A DNA stretch of 63,756 bases, counting the filler, from Octopus bimaculoides (lineage: Eukaryota): assembly GCF_001194135.2 (NCBI RefSeq). It is 6 parts of 6 records of this genome, joined end to end, with 100 filler letters (N's around TTAATTAATTAA, not from the genome) between each part and the next. Parts side by side here need not be neighbours in the genome. Positions count along the whole stretch, not along the records: positions 20,730 to 40,749 come from NC_068981.1; positions 40,850 to 58,190 come from NC_068992.1; 4 more parts are not named here. One strand, written 5' to 3'. The stretch's first letter is position 1, and each line of letters starts with the position of its first letter. The notes beneath the pieces are model-generated. The model saw nothing but the letters and a program-made list of their open reading frames with translations, searched no databases and was not told the origin of the DNA. Shown piece by piece: positions 33,591-46,880 of this stretch. The translations under genes and the position numbers were made by a program.

Positions 33591-34099
33591 CAACGCCAAT
33601 AAGCTATTCCTTATAAAAGGATGAGAAAATGTATTTCAGTAAGCCTTGAGGAAAAAGAAAAACCCTACTTACCAAAATATAAAAGAAAAAATATACATAA
33701 AACCGTATTAAGTAAAAACATCTCCTCTAAGAAGTCTTCGTTATTCTCTGAAGAAATTAAAAATTGGAATTTAATGAGTTCCAACTTCCTGACTGTTCAT
33801 GTTTAGTCTGATTTCTTTATAAGGCTCTCACCGTTTCCTGGCACTTACTTCTAACCCAAAATACCGACCTACAACTGGGAGATACAAGCCATTGATGGAA
33901 TCTCCATGTGGTGAGGAGAACTGCTAGAAATAAGAGTTAAATTTCTACCAAATAACAATCTCCATTTTAAAGAAAGGACACATTACATAATGAAGAATTC
34001 CTTAATACATTCTTAATCAATGTAATGCTTCATACTTAAGAGTGACTTAGACACAATTAAATACGGTAAATTGCCATGTATATTATGACATATTTATTA

Positions 34100-34152
<53 letters not shown>

Positions 34153-34159
34153 TAAGAGA

Positions 34160-34480
34160 GCACTCCGTCAGTTATGATGATGAGAGTTCCAGTTGATCCA
34201 ATCAATGGAACAGCTTGCTCGTGAAATTAACATGCAAGTGGCTGAGCACTCCACAGACATGTGTACTCTTAACGTAGTCTTCAGGGAGATTCAGCGTAAT
34301 ACACAGTGTGACAAGGCTTGCCCCTTTGAAATACAGGTACAACTCATTTTTGCCAGCTGAGTGAACTGGTGCAACGTGAAATAAAGTGTCTTGCTCAAGG
34401 ACACAATGTGTTGCTGGGAATTGAACTCGTGACCTTACGCTCATGAGCCAAATGCCCAAACTATTAAGCCACGTACCTTC
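34160..34480 (-). mobile_element. SINE family C2 (CORE-like middle, 3' tail shared with C1); others at 19137-19452 (+), 37496-37820 (+)
   Basis: tRNA head GAGTTCAATTCC, GTGTCCTTGAGCAAGACACT block, and the shared tail CAGCCACTTGCA.GTTAATTTCAC.AGCA.GCTGT...GATCAACTGGAAC. Confidence 0.85.
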
Positions 34481-34527
<47 letters not shown>

Positions 34528-34595
34528 TATATGCCAGCTTGTCGCCATTCATCATCGTCATGACGATGATAATGATGATGATGAATAGCAGTGAA

Positions 34596-34802
34596 CTAGC
34601 GGAATTGTTAGCATGCTGGACGAAATGCCTGGTGGTATTTTGTCTGTTGTTACCTTCTGAGTTCAAATTCCATCGAGGTTGACTTTGCTTTTCATCCTTT
34701 CAATTAAATAAGTACCAGTTACGCACTGGGGCTCGATGTAATCGACTTAGTCCCTTTGTTTGTTCCCTCTATATTTAGCCCCCTGGGGGCAATAAAGAAA
34801 TA
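34596..34802 (+). mobile_element. SINE-B (alternative tail)
   Basis: Same tail as the 6663-6897 copy. Confidence 0.8.
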
Positions 34803-35703
34803 TATATCACCTCCCAACCCCCTCACATCACACCACACCAATACCCTCGCATCACACCACGCACACACTACAACTGACCAACTACTTTCTCCCTTTCTCC
34901 CTTCCCCCATTTTCACACTACATACGTCAAGATCACCAGCAGTCTACCTCCCACACACAGCCCCTCGTTCCCGATCACCGTTTGTTATCTCCCCCTTTCT
35001 TAGCTCTCCTGAAATAAGAATTTCTAACTTCCGGTCAGCCATTGTTATGATCNNNNNNNNNNNNNNNNNNNNNNNNNNNNNNNNNNNNNNNNNNNNNNNN
35101 NNNNNNNNNNNNNNNNNNNNNNNNNNNNNNNNNNNNNNNNNNNNNNNNNNNNNNNNNNNNNNNNNNNNNNNNNNNNNNNNNNNNNNNNNNNNNNNNNNNN
35201 NNNNNNNNNNNNNNNNNNNNNNNNNNNNNNNNNNNNNNNNNNNNNNNNNNNNNNNNNNNNNNNNNNNNNNNNNNNNNNNNNNNNNNNNNNNNNNNNNNNN
35301 NNNNNNNNNNNNNNNNNNNNNNNNNNNNNNNNNNNNNNNNNNNNNNNNNNNNNNNNNNNNNNNNNNNNNNNNNNNNNNNNNNNNNNNNNNNNNNNNNNNN
35401 NNNNNNNNNNNNNNNNNNNNNNNNNNNNNNNNNNNNNNNNNNNNNNNNNNNNNNNNNNNNNNNNNNNNNNNNNNNNNNNNNNNNNNNNNNNNNNNNNNNN
35501 NNNNNNNNNNNNNNNNNNNNNNNNNNNNNNNNNNNNNNNNNNNNNNNNNNNNNNNNNNNNNNNNNNNNNNNNNNNNNNNNNNNNNNNNNNNNNNNNNNNN
35601 NNNNNNNNNNNNNNNNNNNNNNNNNNNNNNNNNNNNNNNNNNNNNNNNNNNNNNNNNNNNNNNNNNNNNNNNNNNNTATATACATATATATATATATATA
35701 CAT

Positions 35704-37438
35704 GATCCCTTACCTGGTGGGCAATGCGGAAACTGGGGATTGATGAGTGGTTAATAAGAGCTGTACAGGCTTTGTACAGGGATGCCGCTAGTAAGGCAAG
35801 GGTAGAAGTAGGGTTTCACCAAGGATCAGCCCTCAGCCCCCTCTTATTCAACATAGTCCTCCAAGCAATAAGAGAGGAATTCAAAACAGGTTTCAGCTGG
35901 GAGCTCCTCCATGCTGATGACCTGGCCCTCATAGCAGAATCACTATCAGAACTAGAAGAAATTTCAAGTGTGGAAGCAAGGTTTAGAATCGAAGGGCCTT
36001 AGGAGTCAATGTTGCAAAAACGGAAGTCCTAGTAAGTAGTAAGGCGAACACATCACAAACCCCTTCAAGCAGATGGCCTTGCTCGATCTGTAGGAAAGGT
36101 GCAGGTAGAAACTCCATTAAGATGTACCCAGTGTAAGCTGTTGATGCATAGAAAGTGCAGCAACATCAAAGGAAGGTTAACCAGGAAGATTGCTTTTGTG
36201 TGCGGCAGATGCACAGGGGCAATAAGCACCACCGATGCTCAGAAAACAGACTCCATCACATGGGGGGGGGGGAGAAACTAGAAGTAGTTGATAGCTTCCG
36301 CTACCTAGGTGANNNNNNNNNNATCACATGGGGGGGGGGGAGAAACTAGAAGTAGTTGATAGCTTCCGCTACCTAGGTGACCAAGTCTGTAGTGGGGGTG
36401 GATGCTCGGAGAGCGTTGCTACTAGAATAAGAATAACCTGGGCAAAGTGCAGAAAGCTCCTACCTCTACTGGCGACAAAGGACCTCTCGCTCAGAGTGAA
36501 AAGTAGACTGTATGATGCATGTGTGCGAACAGCTATGCTACATGGCAGTGAAACATGGGCCATAGATGTTGAGGACATACGTAGGCTTGAAAGAAATGAC
36601 ACTAGTATGCTCCGATGGATTTGTAATGTCAGTGTGCACACACAACAGAGTTTAAGTGCCCTGAGAGAAATGTAGGACATAAGATGCATCAGATGTGGTG
36701 TGCAAGAGAGACGATTGCACTGGTATGGTTATATGCTGCGTTTGGATGAGGAGAGCTGTGTGAAGAAGTGTCACTCTCTAACAGTGGAAGGAACCCATGG
36801 AAGAGAGAGAGACATAGGGAGATATGGGATGAGGTGGTGAAGCATGACCTTTGAACGTTAGGCCTCACAGAGGCAATGACGAAAGACCGAGACCTCTGGA
36901 GATCTGCTGGGATTGAGAAGACCCGGCAAGGAAAGTGAGATCACAGCCGTAGTCTACACCAGGGTCGCATAACCAGCCCACTCAAAAAGTACCTTTGAAT
37001 CGTCGGGTGACATGCAGTGCTTGAGGAGACCTATTGAGTTAAGTACAGCAACATCAAATCAAATCACAATGAAATGGAAATCATAGTTGTGGTCAATACC
37101 AGTGCCACCTGACTGGCTCCCAGGCTGGCGGCATGCAATAAGCATCATTCATGCGTGGTTCATTGCTCCCTGTGCTAGTGGCACATAAAAAGCACCATCT
37201 AAATGTGGTTGATGCCAGCCCATCCGCCTCGACTGGCTCCTTTGCCAGTGGCATGTAAAAAGCACCCACTACACTCTTGGAGTGGTTGACATTAGGAAGG
37301 GCATCCAGCTGTAGAAATATTGCCAGATCAGATTAGAGCCTGGTGCAGCCTTCTGGCTTGCCAGTCCCCAGTCAAACCGTCCAACCCATGCCAGCATGGA
37401 AAACAGACGTTAAATGATGATGGTGATGATGATGATGA
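35704..37438 (+). mobile_element. 5'-truncated RTE-clade LINE: RT/C-terminal pseudogene 35704-36938 plus 3' UTR ending in (GAT)n
   Basis: GFHQGSALSPLLFNIV and WELLHADDLALIA (RT motifs), FRYLGD, LYDACVRTAMLHGSETWA and RRLHWYGYMLR; stop at 36936-36938. Frameshifts present. Confidence 0.95.
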
Positions 37439-38240
37439 CTGCATGTATATTCTATGTAGTGTATGTTATAACATAGCATATTCTCTCTACACTCAGTGAA
37501 GTTGTTTGGCTTAGAGGTTAAGGTATTTGTCTCATGATTGTAACATCGTGAGTTCGACACCCAGTGGCACATTGTGTCCTTGAGCAAGACACTTGATTTC
37601 ACATTGCCCCAATCCACTCAGCTGGAAATAATGAGTTGTACCTGTAATTCAAAAGGACCAGCCTTGTCCTATTCTGTGTCATACTGAATCTCCCTGAGAA
37701 CTACGTGAAGCTTATGCATGTCCGTGGAGTACTCAGCCACTTTCACCTTAATTTCACAAGCAGGCTGTCCTATTGATCAGATCAACTGGAACCCTCATAT
37801 TCATGACCAACAGAATGTCATATACACTCAATGAATTATTTATCAGGTGTGTGATCAGCGCAAAGTATGATGTGACACCTGTGTGTCAAGGTTATTGATT
37901 GTCTCTAAACTTGGGTGGGTGTGTTTGTAGTGATAATTCAAAACCAAGTCACTAAGTAGGTGAGCAGACATAATGATCAAATGACAGTAGCTTCGCGTGA
38001 TTGGTCTTCTAAACAACCAATCAGCATCAGGTCATTGCATGATTCGATCTTCTGGAATCTTCTCCTTGTGCCTTGTGAAAAGCAGTTTTTGGCAGTAATT
38101 ACAGATGTTGGGGCAATCACCTGATCTCTCCGTTCTCATACCATCCAGCCAACTAAGACAGGTGACAGACAGGAATTTTTAACATCACAAATATAATACA
38201 AATCATTTTCTAGTTGTAATGTTTCTGTCTTCCTTCCTGA

Positions 38241-38334
<94 letters not shown>

Positions 38335-38344
38335 GCCAGGTAAC

Positions 38345-38787
38345 CTTATACCTCCTCTACAGCAAAACACCTGTTTCTGTCTCTTTGTCTCACTATAACC
38401 TTTCATCATCTGACACAAGATCACCTCCTCCAATGCCCCTTCCCCTCTCAAAACATTTTTTTTTGTCTTGCAAGTTATTTGCTGACCCTGTCAGGGCAGG
38501 TGCCTCTTAAAAAGCACCCACCCCTCGCTGTAAAGTGGTTGGCATTTGGAAGGGCATCCAGCTGTAAAAACCTTGCCAAAACTGACCTCACCTGAGCTTG
38601 TGCCACGTAAAAAGCACGAAGTCCACTCTGCTGAGTGGTTGGTGTTGGGAAGGGCATCCAGTTGTAAAAACGTTGCCAAAATGGTCACAGAAGTCTGGCG
38701 CAGGCTTCGGCCTGGTCAGCTCCTGTTGAACTGTCCCACCCATGCCGGCATGAAAAGCAGACAAACGATGATGATGATGATGATGAT
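38345..38787 (+). mobile_element. RTE-derived non-autonomous element (pyrimidine-rich front plus duplicated RTE tail block)
   Basis: The AAAAGCAC...GTGGTTGG...GAAGGGCATCCAG.TGTAAAAAC.TTGCCAAAA block occurs twice (38510-38580, 38608-38680) and ends in (GAT)n. Confidence 0.7.
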
Positions 38788-38889
38788 GGGCCAGCACAAA
38801 TTGCTTCATCAATTAACTTGTCATAAACTCCAAGTAATATGTCTCTTCTGGTGTGTAATTATTGTTGTTAACATTTGTAAAAGATCAAC

Positions 38890-39100
38890 ACAATTCTTTT
38901 CTACTCTAGGCACAAGGCCAAAAATTCTGGGGGATGGGCCCAGACAATTAGATCGACCTCAGTACGCAACTGGTATTTAATTTACTGACCCGAAAAGGAT
39001 GAAAGGCAAAGACGACCTCGGCGGAATTTGAACTCAGAACGTAAAGGGAGATGAAATACCGCTAAGCATTTCACCCGACATGCTAATGTTTCTGCCAGTT
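38890..39100 (-). mobile_element. SINE-B
   Basis: Well-conserved core and tail. Confidence 0.85.
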
Positions 39101-39699
39101 CACACAGTAATAAAATCTTGCATTAAATGTTTGTGGGTATTGTTAAATTACTTCTTTATACAGCCTGAGAAATAGATTTTCATTCATTTGTCAAAAACCA
39201 TGACAACCACACCTATGACAAGTTTGTGTGTGTGTGTGGTAGGTTGTAGAGGGGAGAAATTGTTCTGATGGCACAATCACTCAACTGTGAAATACATGAG
39301 AAAGTAATTTATTCAAGATTGATCAGTTATTGTATTTTGCTAAAAGTATAACTTTGCTGGAAAGTGCAACATAACAACTAAAAGTTTCCAACTTATTTAC
39401 TCACCACATTAACGATATTAACACACTTTACTATTGTGTTTCCTGCAGATGTCATCCCTATGCAATTTCTTTCAGAGCTGACTTAATCTTTTGTTTGGCC
39501 CTTAAATGAAAGTACTATGAGACCCCCATTTTCAATAATTTTTCATTTAATCTCTTACACCCCCACCCCACTTGCTACCAGAGACCTCTGGCTTACAAAT
39601 CCTTATAGATTATACCTTAATCCAGGATTAGGTTATATTAAGTTCTCACATTAACTCATGTATAGTTATTGTACATTTCTATAGTGACAATCTATCACT

Positions 39700-40288
39700 A
39701 GGCCTATAACTTAGCTGTTCAGCAAAGGACACTGATAGGCTTAAAAACACATAAGCACTGGATTTGATCCATTCATCTAAAAATTCAAGGCGTTGCCCCA
39801 GAATGGTCACAGTCTAATGACTGAAACAAGTAAAAGATAAAAAATATATATATATATATTCTTTTATTCTTTTTTTCTTTTATTTGTTTCAGTCATTTGG
39901 CTGCGGCCATGCTGGAGCACCGCCTTTTTAGTCAAACAAATTGACCTCAAGACTTATTCTATCGGTCACTTTTGCTGAACTGCTAAGTTACAGGGATGTA
40001 AACACATCAGCATCGGTTGTCAAGCGATGGTGGGGGGACAAACACAGACACACAATCATATACACATAGACACACACACATATACATACAGACATATATA
40101 TATATATATATACATACATATATGACGGGTTTCTTTCAGTTTCCGTCTACCTAATCCACTCACAAGGCTTTGGTCAGCCCGAGGCTATAGTAGAAGACAC
40201 TTGCCCAAGGTGCCACGCAGTGGGACTGAACCCGAAACCATATGGTTGGTAAGCAAGCTACTTAACACACAACCACTCCTGCACCTAT
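39700..40288. mobile_element. Tail-to-tail SINE-A pair: plus-strand 3' part 39700-39845 and full-length minus-strand copy 39859-40288
   Basis: GACTGAAACAAGTAAAAGATAA faces its reverse complement across a short (TA)n. The minus copy is the best-preserved family-A member. Confidence 0.85.
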
Positions 40289-40302
40289 AAAAAGTGTGAG
40301 AC

Positions 40303-40420
40303 GCTTACAGCTCTTAGGTTTCCCCAGTGGTCACCCATCTAAGTACTTACTAGGCCCGATGTTGCTTAACTTTGGTGATTGGACAAGAACTGGTGCTTTA
40401 AAATTGAGATTCGGTTGAAT
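40303..40420 (-). pseudogene. 5S rRNA pseudogene (or SINE3-type fragment)
   Basis: Minus strand AAAGCACCAGTTCTTGTCCAATCACCAAAGTTAAGCAACATCGGGCCTAGTAAGTACTTAGATGGGTGACCACTGGGGAAACC...GCTGTAAGC aligns to invertebrate 5S with many substitutions. 5' end degraded. Confidence 0.8.
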
Positions 40421-40859
40421 TAGGTACTTAAGTTGAAGCACCAAGTCAGTGCGGTATTGTCCATACAACTCAAAGTAAGGTGAATAAAATCAAAATAAGC
40501 AACAGCATATCCAGAGGTGATGCAGTTCGACCGTTTCAAGTGGCTCCATTTAATTGAACAATGCAATCATTACATCAACTTAAATGCAGGGCTATCCTCA
40601 GCTGCATAAATAAATAGAATTTTTTAATCAGTTGGACACATTAATATAATTTTACTTAAATTCTCTAATAGAGCAAGAAGAGGGGGAAAAGCCCATGTTG
40701 CTACTAATGTAGCTCAAAATATCCTACACTTCTAAGAACTGTATGAAGCNNNNNNNNNNNNNNNNNNNNNNNNNNNNNNNNNNNNNNNNNNNNTTAATTA
40801 ATTAANNNNNNNNNNNNNNNNNNNNNNNNNNNNNNNNNNNNNNNNNNNNACACACACAC

Positions 40860-42900
40860 ACACACACACAGGTATGTATACATTATTACAGTTGTGACGA
40901 TTTCTCATAAAAAAGAAATTCAAAAGGTACTTTCATATCAGAAAAAAAAAAAAACACAAAAACATTCTTACGGAGATAGATGTTGTTTCTCACTTAACTA
41001 AATGAGTTACCGAATATTGTACATTGGATTTCTAATACATATTTCGGACATTTTGGGGACAAGTCACCTTATTAAGACTTGATATTACATATTTAAATCC
41101 CATGTGATTATTCTTGGCGCAAATCGACTTACCTTCACTTAACTGTTTTCTCAATGTCAACCTAGTAACTAAGTAACCAGCTATTTACATACTCACACGT
41201 ACGTATATATCATTACAGTTGGGACAATTTCAGATAAAAAACAAATTCTAAAGTTACTTTCATTTTTTATAGTCTTCTCCAGCTTTCTTTTTGTGTAAGA
41301 TGTATATCTATGTAAGTGTATGTGAGAAAAGAAATTTTATACGGAGATTTCATTTAATTGACCAATTGTCTACAGGGCATAACTACAGATTTCTGCTCCC
41401 CCTACCGAATTTAGATGATCATAACTTTCAGGAAAAATAGATATTTTTAAATGAAATTGTCTACGAATATGTGTTATATCATGTAGATTCGGCATATACA
41501 ACATTTTGGGGGTAAGTGTTTTAGGAGGGTAGGGGAAGATTTTCGGAAAATTCAACAGAGTCCACTTCAATTCGCTTAACTTTCAGGAAAATGGATATTT
41601 TTTTGTAATGAAATTGTCTACAAATATACCTCGGAGTATGTAAATTTCGACCATATAGAGGAAAGCAACTGGAGGATATTTGTGAGAACTGTTCCCCACC
41701 CGGGGGTGTTTCGGTGCTTCGGAACAAGTCGTCTATATTTGTTACATTTTCCTCTGTTTAGTGCGTTTGTGCATTCGTAGATTTCTAGTGAAGCAATAGG
41801 CAACGAAGGCAAATGAAGCCCTCATCAGACAACAAGTGCGAAAAATAACAGCTAAATGTCTGGTACACAGATATACATTATTAAGACGACTTATCTATTG
41901 CATACGATTTTTCTTTCATTTTAAGTAAATCCCATGTAAACTGTTGTAATAGAAAGGCAGAAGACACCAGAAGCAAAAATAAGGAATATACACACACTGT
42001 TAAATATAGAAATGTAAAGTATGATTTGTTATATAATCTCTATAATAAACTTGATACTGAATCGAATAATTCCTTGTTTGAACTTTTTTCATTATATATA
42101 TGCTTGTGTGAGTATACTGAGAATAGGCATGTCACCTCGTTGTGCTTTTTTTTTTTCTACAGATTGCGATCTTGTCTCAAACGGAGATTCTTAATATGCA
42201 AAAATATCTACTTTCAGACATTTTAATACACCCATTCTTTACCTTTCTATTTTTCCCCGAAATTTTACGACTAGGTTAAGGGTTATATATGGATGCACAA
42301 GCGCACTAAACGGAGAAACTGAAGCAAATGTGGACGACTTGTTCTGAAACACCATCCAGTGGGAAACAGTTCGCAAAACTAACCCTCAATTGTTTTCTCA
42401 AAAATTATATATACTTGGAATCTACATAAACCAAGGTATATTTGTAGACAATTTCATTAAAAATACCCATTTTCCTGAAAGTTAAGACGAATTGAAATGG
42501 ACTCCGGTGAATTTTCGGAAAATTTTCCTCTCCACCTCCTAAAAGACTTTCCCCGAAATATTTTGTATATTCCGTATCTACATGATATAACACGCATTGG
42601 TAGAAAAGTTCATGAAAAAATATCTCATTTAAAGAAAGTCCAAAGTCGGAGGTGGTGAGATGGTACCAACTGTCAATGATCTCATGATGCATGTGCTCCC
42701 AAATATTGTACAAAACTTGAGCAACAGTCTGTGACTCTGTGATCGAGAAATCTTATCTTCTCGTAATGATGCTATCAAAAAAATCAACTGAGATCTCTTG
42801 CAGCTGTTGCTCGGACAAGACCAGTCTTTCTTGAATCCATTCCTCTAGAATTGTATTGAAGTTTCAACACAAGATTGTGTTGATAGACTCAAGGGTGTAT
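40860..42900. mobile_element. Composite repeat region with internal direct and inverted duplications, and a Helitron PIF1-helicase fragment (about 42660-42830, +)
   Basis: MVPTVNDLMMHVLPNIVQNLSNSL*LCDREILSSRNDAIKKIN*DLLQLL resembles the Helitron helicase WLCERAILAP.N.....IN motif. Inverted copies at about 41430-41790 vs 42290-42640. Direct copies at about 40860-40940 vs 41180-41265. Confidence 0.55.
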
Positions 42901-43468
42901 AGATATATTATTTGAATATTTAACTGCTAGTTTTTTTACTGATTTACTCATGAAATGAATAGAAATTTGTTTTCATAGTTTTTGCCACCAATCGTTGTTA
43001 TATATACAAATGTGTGACAAACGAACAATTCACTATTTAACAATGTCTGTTTATTTCTATTTATATATTAGGAAATACACATTAAGTGTAGTAATATTAT
43101 TAGTGATAACTAAAATCAGGTACATAGCATATATGATGAAATTGCTTCTAATAAGAGAATTTTCATCAAAAGTAATTGCCAATATTAAGGGCAAATAGAA
43201 AATACTAATAGATTTTGTAGAGTGGGAAGTGGTAAAGCCGAACGCCAAATTGAATATTTTAGATGAGGGAAAAGGAACAGTTGTAATTCACGGGAGTTAT
43301 TGGAGAAAATGGCAATTGCTAAATTTAAAAAATGTGTATTAGCATAAAAAAAAAGAAAACCTGGAAGAAAGCAAAATCAAGAGGTACAAAACAATACAAA
43401 GAAACGCAATGATAAAGATTATAATGGCAGAGATAAATGTAACAACAACAACGACAATGATGATGATG

Positions 43469-43554
<86 letters not shown>

Positions 43555-43558
<4 letters not shown>

Positions 43559-43805
43559 GTTTCAACTTTTGCCACAAGGGTAGTCATTTTGTGGGAGATG
43601 TGTCAATTACATCAACTCCAGTATTCAACTGGTACTTAATTTATCGACCCTGAAACAACGAAGGGCTAAGTTGAACTCGGCGGAAACACTTTCAATATAG
43701 TAAACATAAGAGCACCACAGCAAACTACAGCACATACCCAAGGCGCACGGAGCTGCGCTCGGTAGTGAAGTGAAGCACGTTATAAAAATAAAACTACTGA
43801 ACAAT
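43555..43805. mobile_element. Back-to-back SINE-B 3' half (-, 43555-43685) and Dong 3' end (+, 43685-43805)
   Basis: The Dong tail is nearly identical to the reverse complement of 4229-4350. Each part runs into its own (AAT)n tract. Confidence 0.8.
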
Positions 43806-43811
43806 AATAAA

Positions 43812-43865
<54 letters not shown>

Positions 43866-43866
<1 letters not shown>

Positions 43867-44556
43867 CGCCTGATGCACTACCTAGCAGTGGCTCTCATGG
43901 CTTTGGAACTTAAATGATTGGAAGTGTTATCATGTATATTCATTTGTTTTGGTATAAAAGATGAGCTACAGCAAATACCCTGCTGAATACCACAGATTTG
44001 CTTGTCAGTTGCTTGATCTTAACCAGTTGAACATGACCCTTAATCGCTGATGATATTTTCATCTCTGAAGTACTGGGGGAGCACATATAGCCATGTATTG
44101 AGAGATATTATTTGCAGTTTGAAAAATCAACTCTGGAAACATGATGTACGTGATTTGTCCGGTTGTAATAGATCGGGTACAGAATATATTCTACTCAATG
44201 CCACAGAATTGTTTGTCAGATGCTTGACGGCAACTGTTTGAACATGTTCCTAGGTGACTGACAACATAAGTCATGAAAGGTCCATCATAGCCATAATTGA
44301 GTGAAATTCTTTGGTGGTTGAATATTTAACATGGGTTGTTCGTTTAACATCTTTGAACGACCCTTATTCAGGGACATTTTGAGTAGGATGGGCTACTCAA
44401 GCCGAAGAAAATTCTAACTGGTGCCTACTTGCAAGATCATACGCTGTTTATGTAATAAGAATGTCGCGTACATATGGTTGTGTACACGTGCCTCGTGTAC
44501 CCATATCAGACGCTTAGTCTTGATGGGTATATTGAACTTCGTATGTGCTGCTCTCT
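43866..44556 (+). mobile_element. Family C repeat, second copy with internal duplication
   Basis: Reverse-complement match to 4621-5166. Extra segment with duplicated block (43991-44056 similar to 44200-44268). Flanked by (AAT)n. Confidence 0.75.
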
Positions 44557-44570
44557 TAAATAATAATAAC

Positions 44571-44645
<75 letters not shown>

Positions 44646-45172
44646 TTCGAGGCATATGGATGTCATACAATTTCTCCGAAATAGATTGTCGAATGCTGCA
44701 TGTTTAATCGACGCCGAAGGAATGAAAAGCAAAGTCAAACATCGTGAAATTTTAACTGTAAAAGTATAGAGCCAGAATTACTTCCACTAAGAATTTTGCC
44801 CAACGGCTAACGATTGTGTTAATTCGCCGCAATAACAACAACAACAATTAGTAAAAGATATAAAACTAAGAATGTCGTACGTATTATATTTGTTCAGCCC
44901 AGAAGGCGTAAAGTGTTTGAAAAAGAAAAACAATAGAACAAATGTCATGATAGCATACAATGTAATAAAGAAGGAATTTATGTTTATAACGTCAATAAAA
45001 ATAGAAGAATGTAAGACGCATTCATAACAAGGAAAACATCTAAATACAATATTCTTTAATGTACAACCATGTTTACGTTATGGAACAGATGTAAAATGCC
45101 TGATGGTGCTTGTATAAGCTTACCTGCAAGTAAAATATATTATATTGGATTATATTACAGAAGTATCTAGTT

Positions 45173-45502
45173 CAGGGCTGGCCAACCTGAGGCACGTGGG
45201 CCGCATGCGGCGCGCAGACTTTTATCTTCACGCCCGCTTGATACTTTCTTCAAATGGGTTTAATTAAACAAACATTAAAACATTTTTATCAAAAATTAAA
45301 GATTGTAATGAAAATTACAAAGTAAGACGCTACTCTTTTTACAACTATCATATTTCATATGGAATCAACGATCATTCATTCATTATTGTAATAATGGCAT
45401 GAGAAAGCAGAACGCTTTCAATTATGTTAGTGTACACGCAGCCCTCAAAGAACTTTCTGCGATTAAAGTAGCCTGCAATGTAATTCGAGTTCGCCAGCTC
45501 TG
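45173..45502. mobile_element. hAT MITE with 8-bp TSD
   Basis: TIRs CAGGGCTGGCCAAC / GTTCGCCAGCTCTG. TSD ATCTAGTT (45165-45172) / ATCTAGAT (45503-45510). Confidence 0.85.
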
Positions 45503-46880
45503 ATCTAGATACTTTTAAAATGCCTGTAGAAAAAGGGTGTGTAACAGTAATCTATTTGGAAAAACTTTGTTTTAGAAGCAGGAGTAAGTTGTCAAGGAGT
45601 ACTCGTTACGTAAGTATAGACTTTTGATATGATCATTGAGCATAGAGCCTTTGTCGAATATGTGATTGAAAACTTTACATAGAATCTACCAGGGTTTTTT
45701 TTTTTGTTTCCGGTAAGTAATTCAGCATTTAGTTAGATGCGCCATTGCAATGCGGCGTTAATATTTTTATTCTCAACTTTTTTTTTTCAGATTTGAGATT
45801 TCATCCTTCCTTTTAAGGGTTTGTAAAATGTTTGTTAGCGGTTATTATTGCTTAATTAAAATAGTAAAGAAAATATTCTCATGCAAGTTTGCAATTGAAT
45901 ATTGGTTATAATTTATATATTTTATATTATTAAGTAAGGAATATGGTATAAGGAACAAGTACTAGAGTCCATATGATTGAAATTGTTCTTTATGTTACTA
46001 TTTCTATTGTGACAATTTGTGCGGGTAAGTTAGAAGCTACTTTTTGTCCCGGATTTTGTGGTTAGAATAAAAGATTTTTTTTTATTCTTATTAAGTACTT
46101 GGAGAACGATCTAACGTTTAAAGTCCATGAGGATAACATAAATGGAGAGTTAAATGACACGACATTTCATTTTCTCTTTCTAATTAAATGAAGCTTGATG
46201 CGATTTCTTTCTTTCACAGCAAAGATTGACACAAAATGTTTACTTTTGCAGTCTTATCTAGAAAATGCAATGCAATACAGAAATGCTTACGGGAAAATTT
46301 GATTGTTACACTACAAGTTTAAGATTGTGAGAGATAATTTTAAATAAATTAATTATTTTGTGACATAGCATTTGTAGGATAAGAATGTAGCTGAATGACT
46401 CATTGGGTATATTTAACTAGAATCAGAATAAGTTAGCAAGCTATATAGTAGCACAGAAGATGTATTCTAGAAGTACGTTCGAGTAGAAATACGAAATAAG
46501 AATAATATAGTATCTAGGATTCTGCCTGCCATTCCGATATTGCATTTAAGCAAAGCAATGAGCTCATTGCATCTGTATATTCTACCTTCGAAATGAGGTC
46601 GTTTTCGAGAAGACAATTTAGAAATACATAAAACTATAAAAACGATGTTTCCTCCGCATGTTTCGTACGAAACAAGCGAAGAATTTGTCTTTAAAATTGT
46701 TGCATGATCTATTAGTTTGACGCATGAAACATTAACGCTAGTTATTAATTTAAAAAAGGTTTACAAACTGACCATATTTATCCTACGTGTATGCATGGAT
46801 GGATATATGTATGTAATATATGTACACATACATGCACTATTGGTATATATGTATACGAATGTAATTCATGATGTATGAGA

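Noticed and set aside
33621-33806. Lys-rich ORF as exon
   Set aside because: No recognisable domain, weak splice signals, A-rich composition explains it.
34805-35052. Pyrimidine-rich segment as 5' UTR of the RTE at 35704
   Set aside because: The RTE resumes after (TA)n mid-RT, so it is 5'-truncated; the gap is too short for the missing APE and RT start.
36245-36380. Apparent duplication of about 60 bp in the RTE ORF
   Set aside because: Identical sequence on both sides of a 10-N gap next to a G homopolymer: unmerged contig overlap.
40303-40420. Functional 5S rRNA gene
   Set aside because: Many substitutions, degraded 5' end, single copy.
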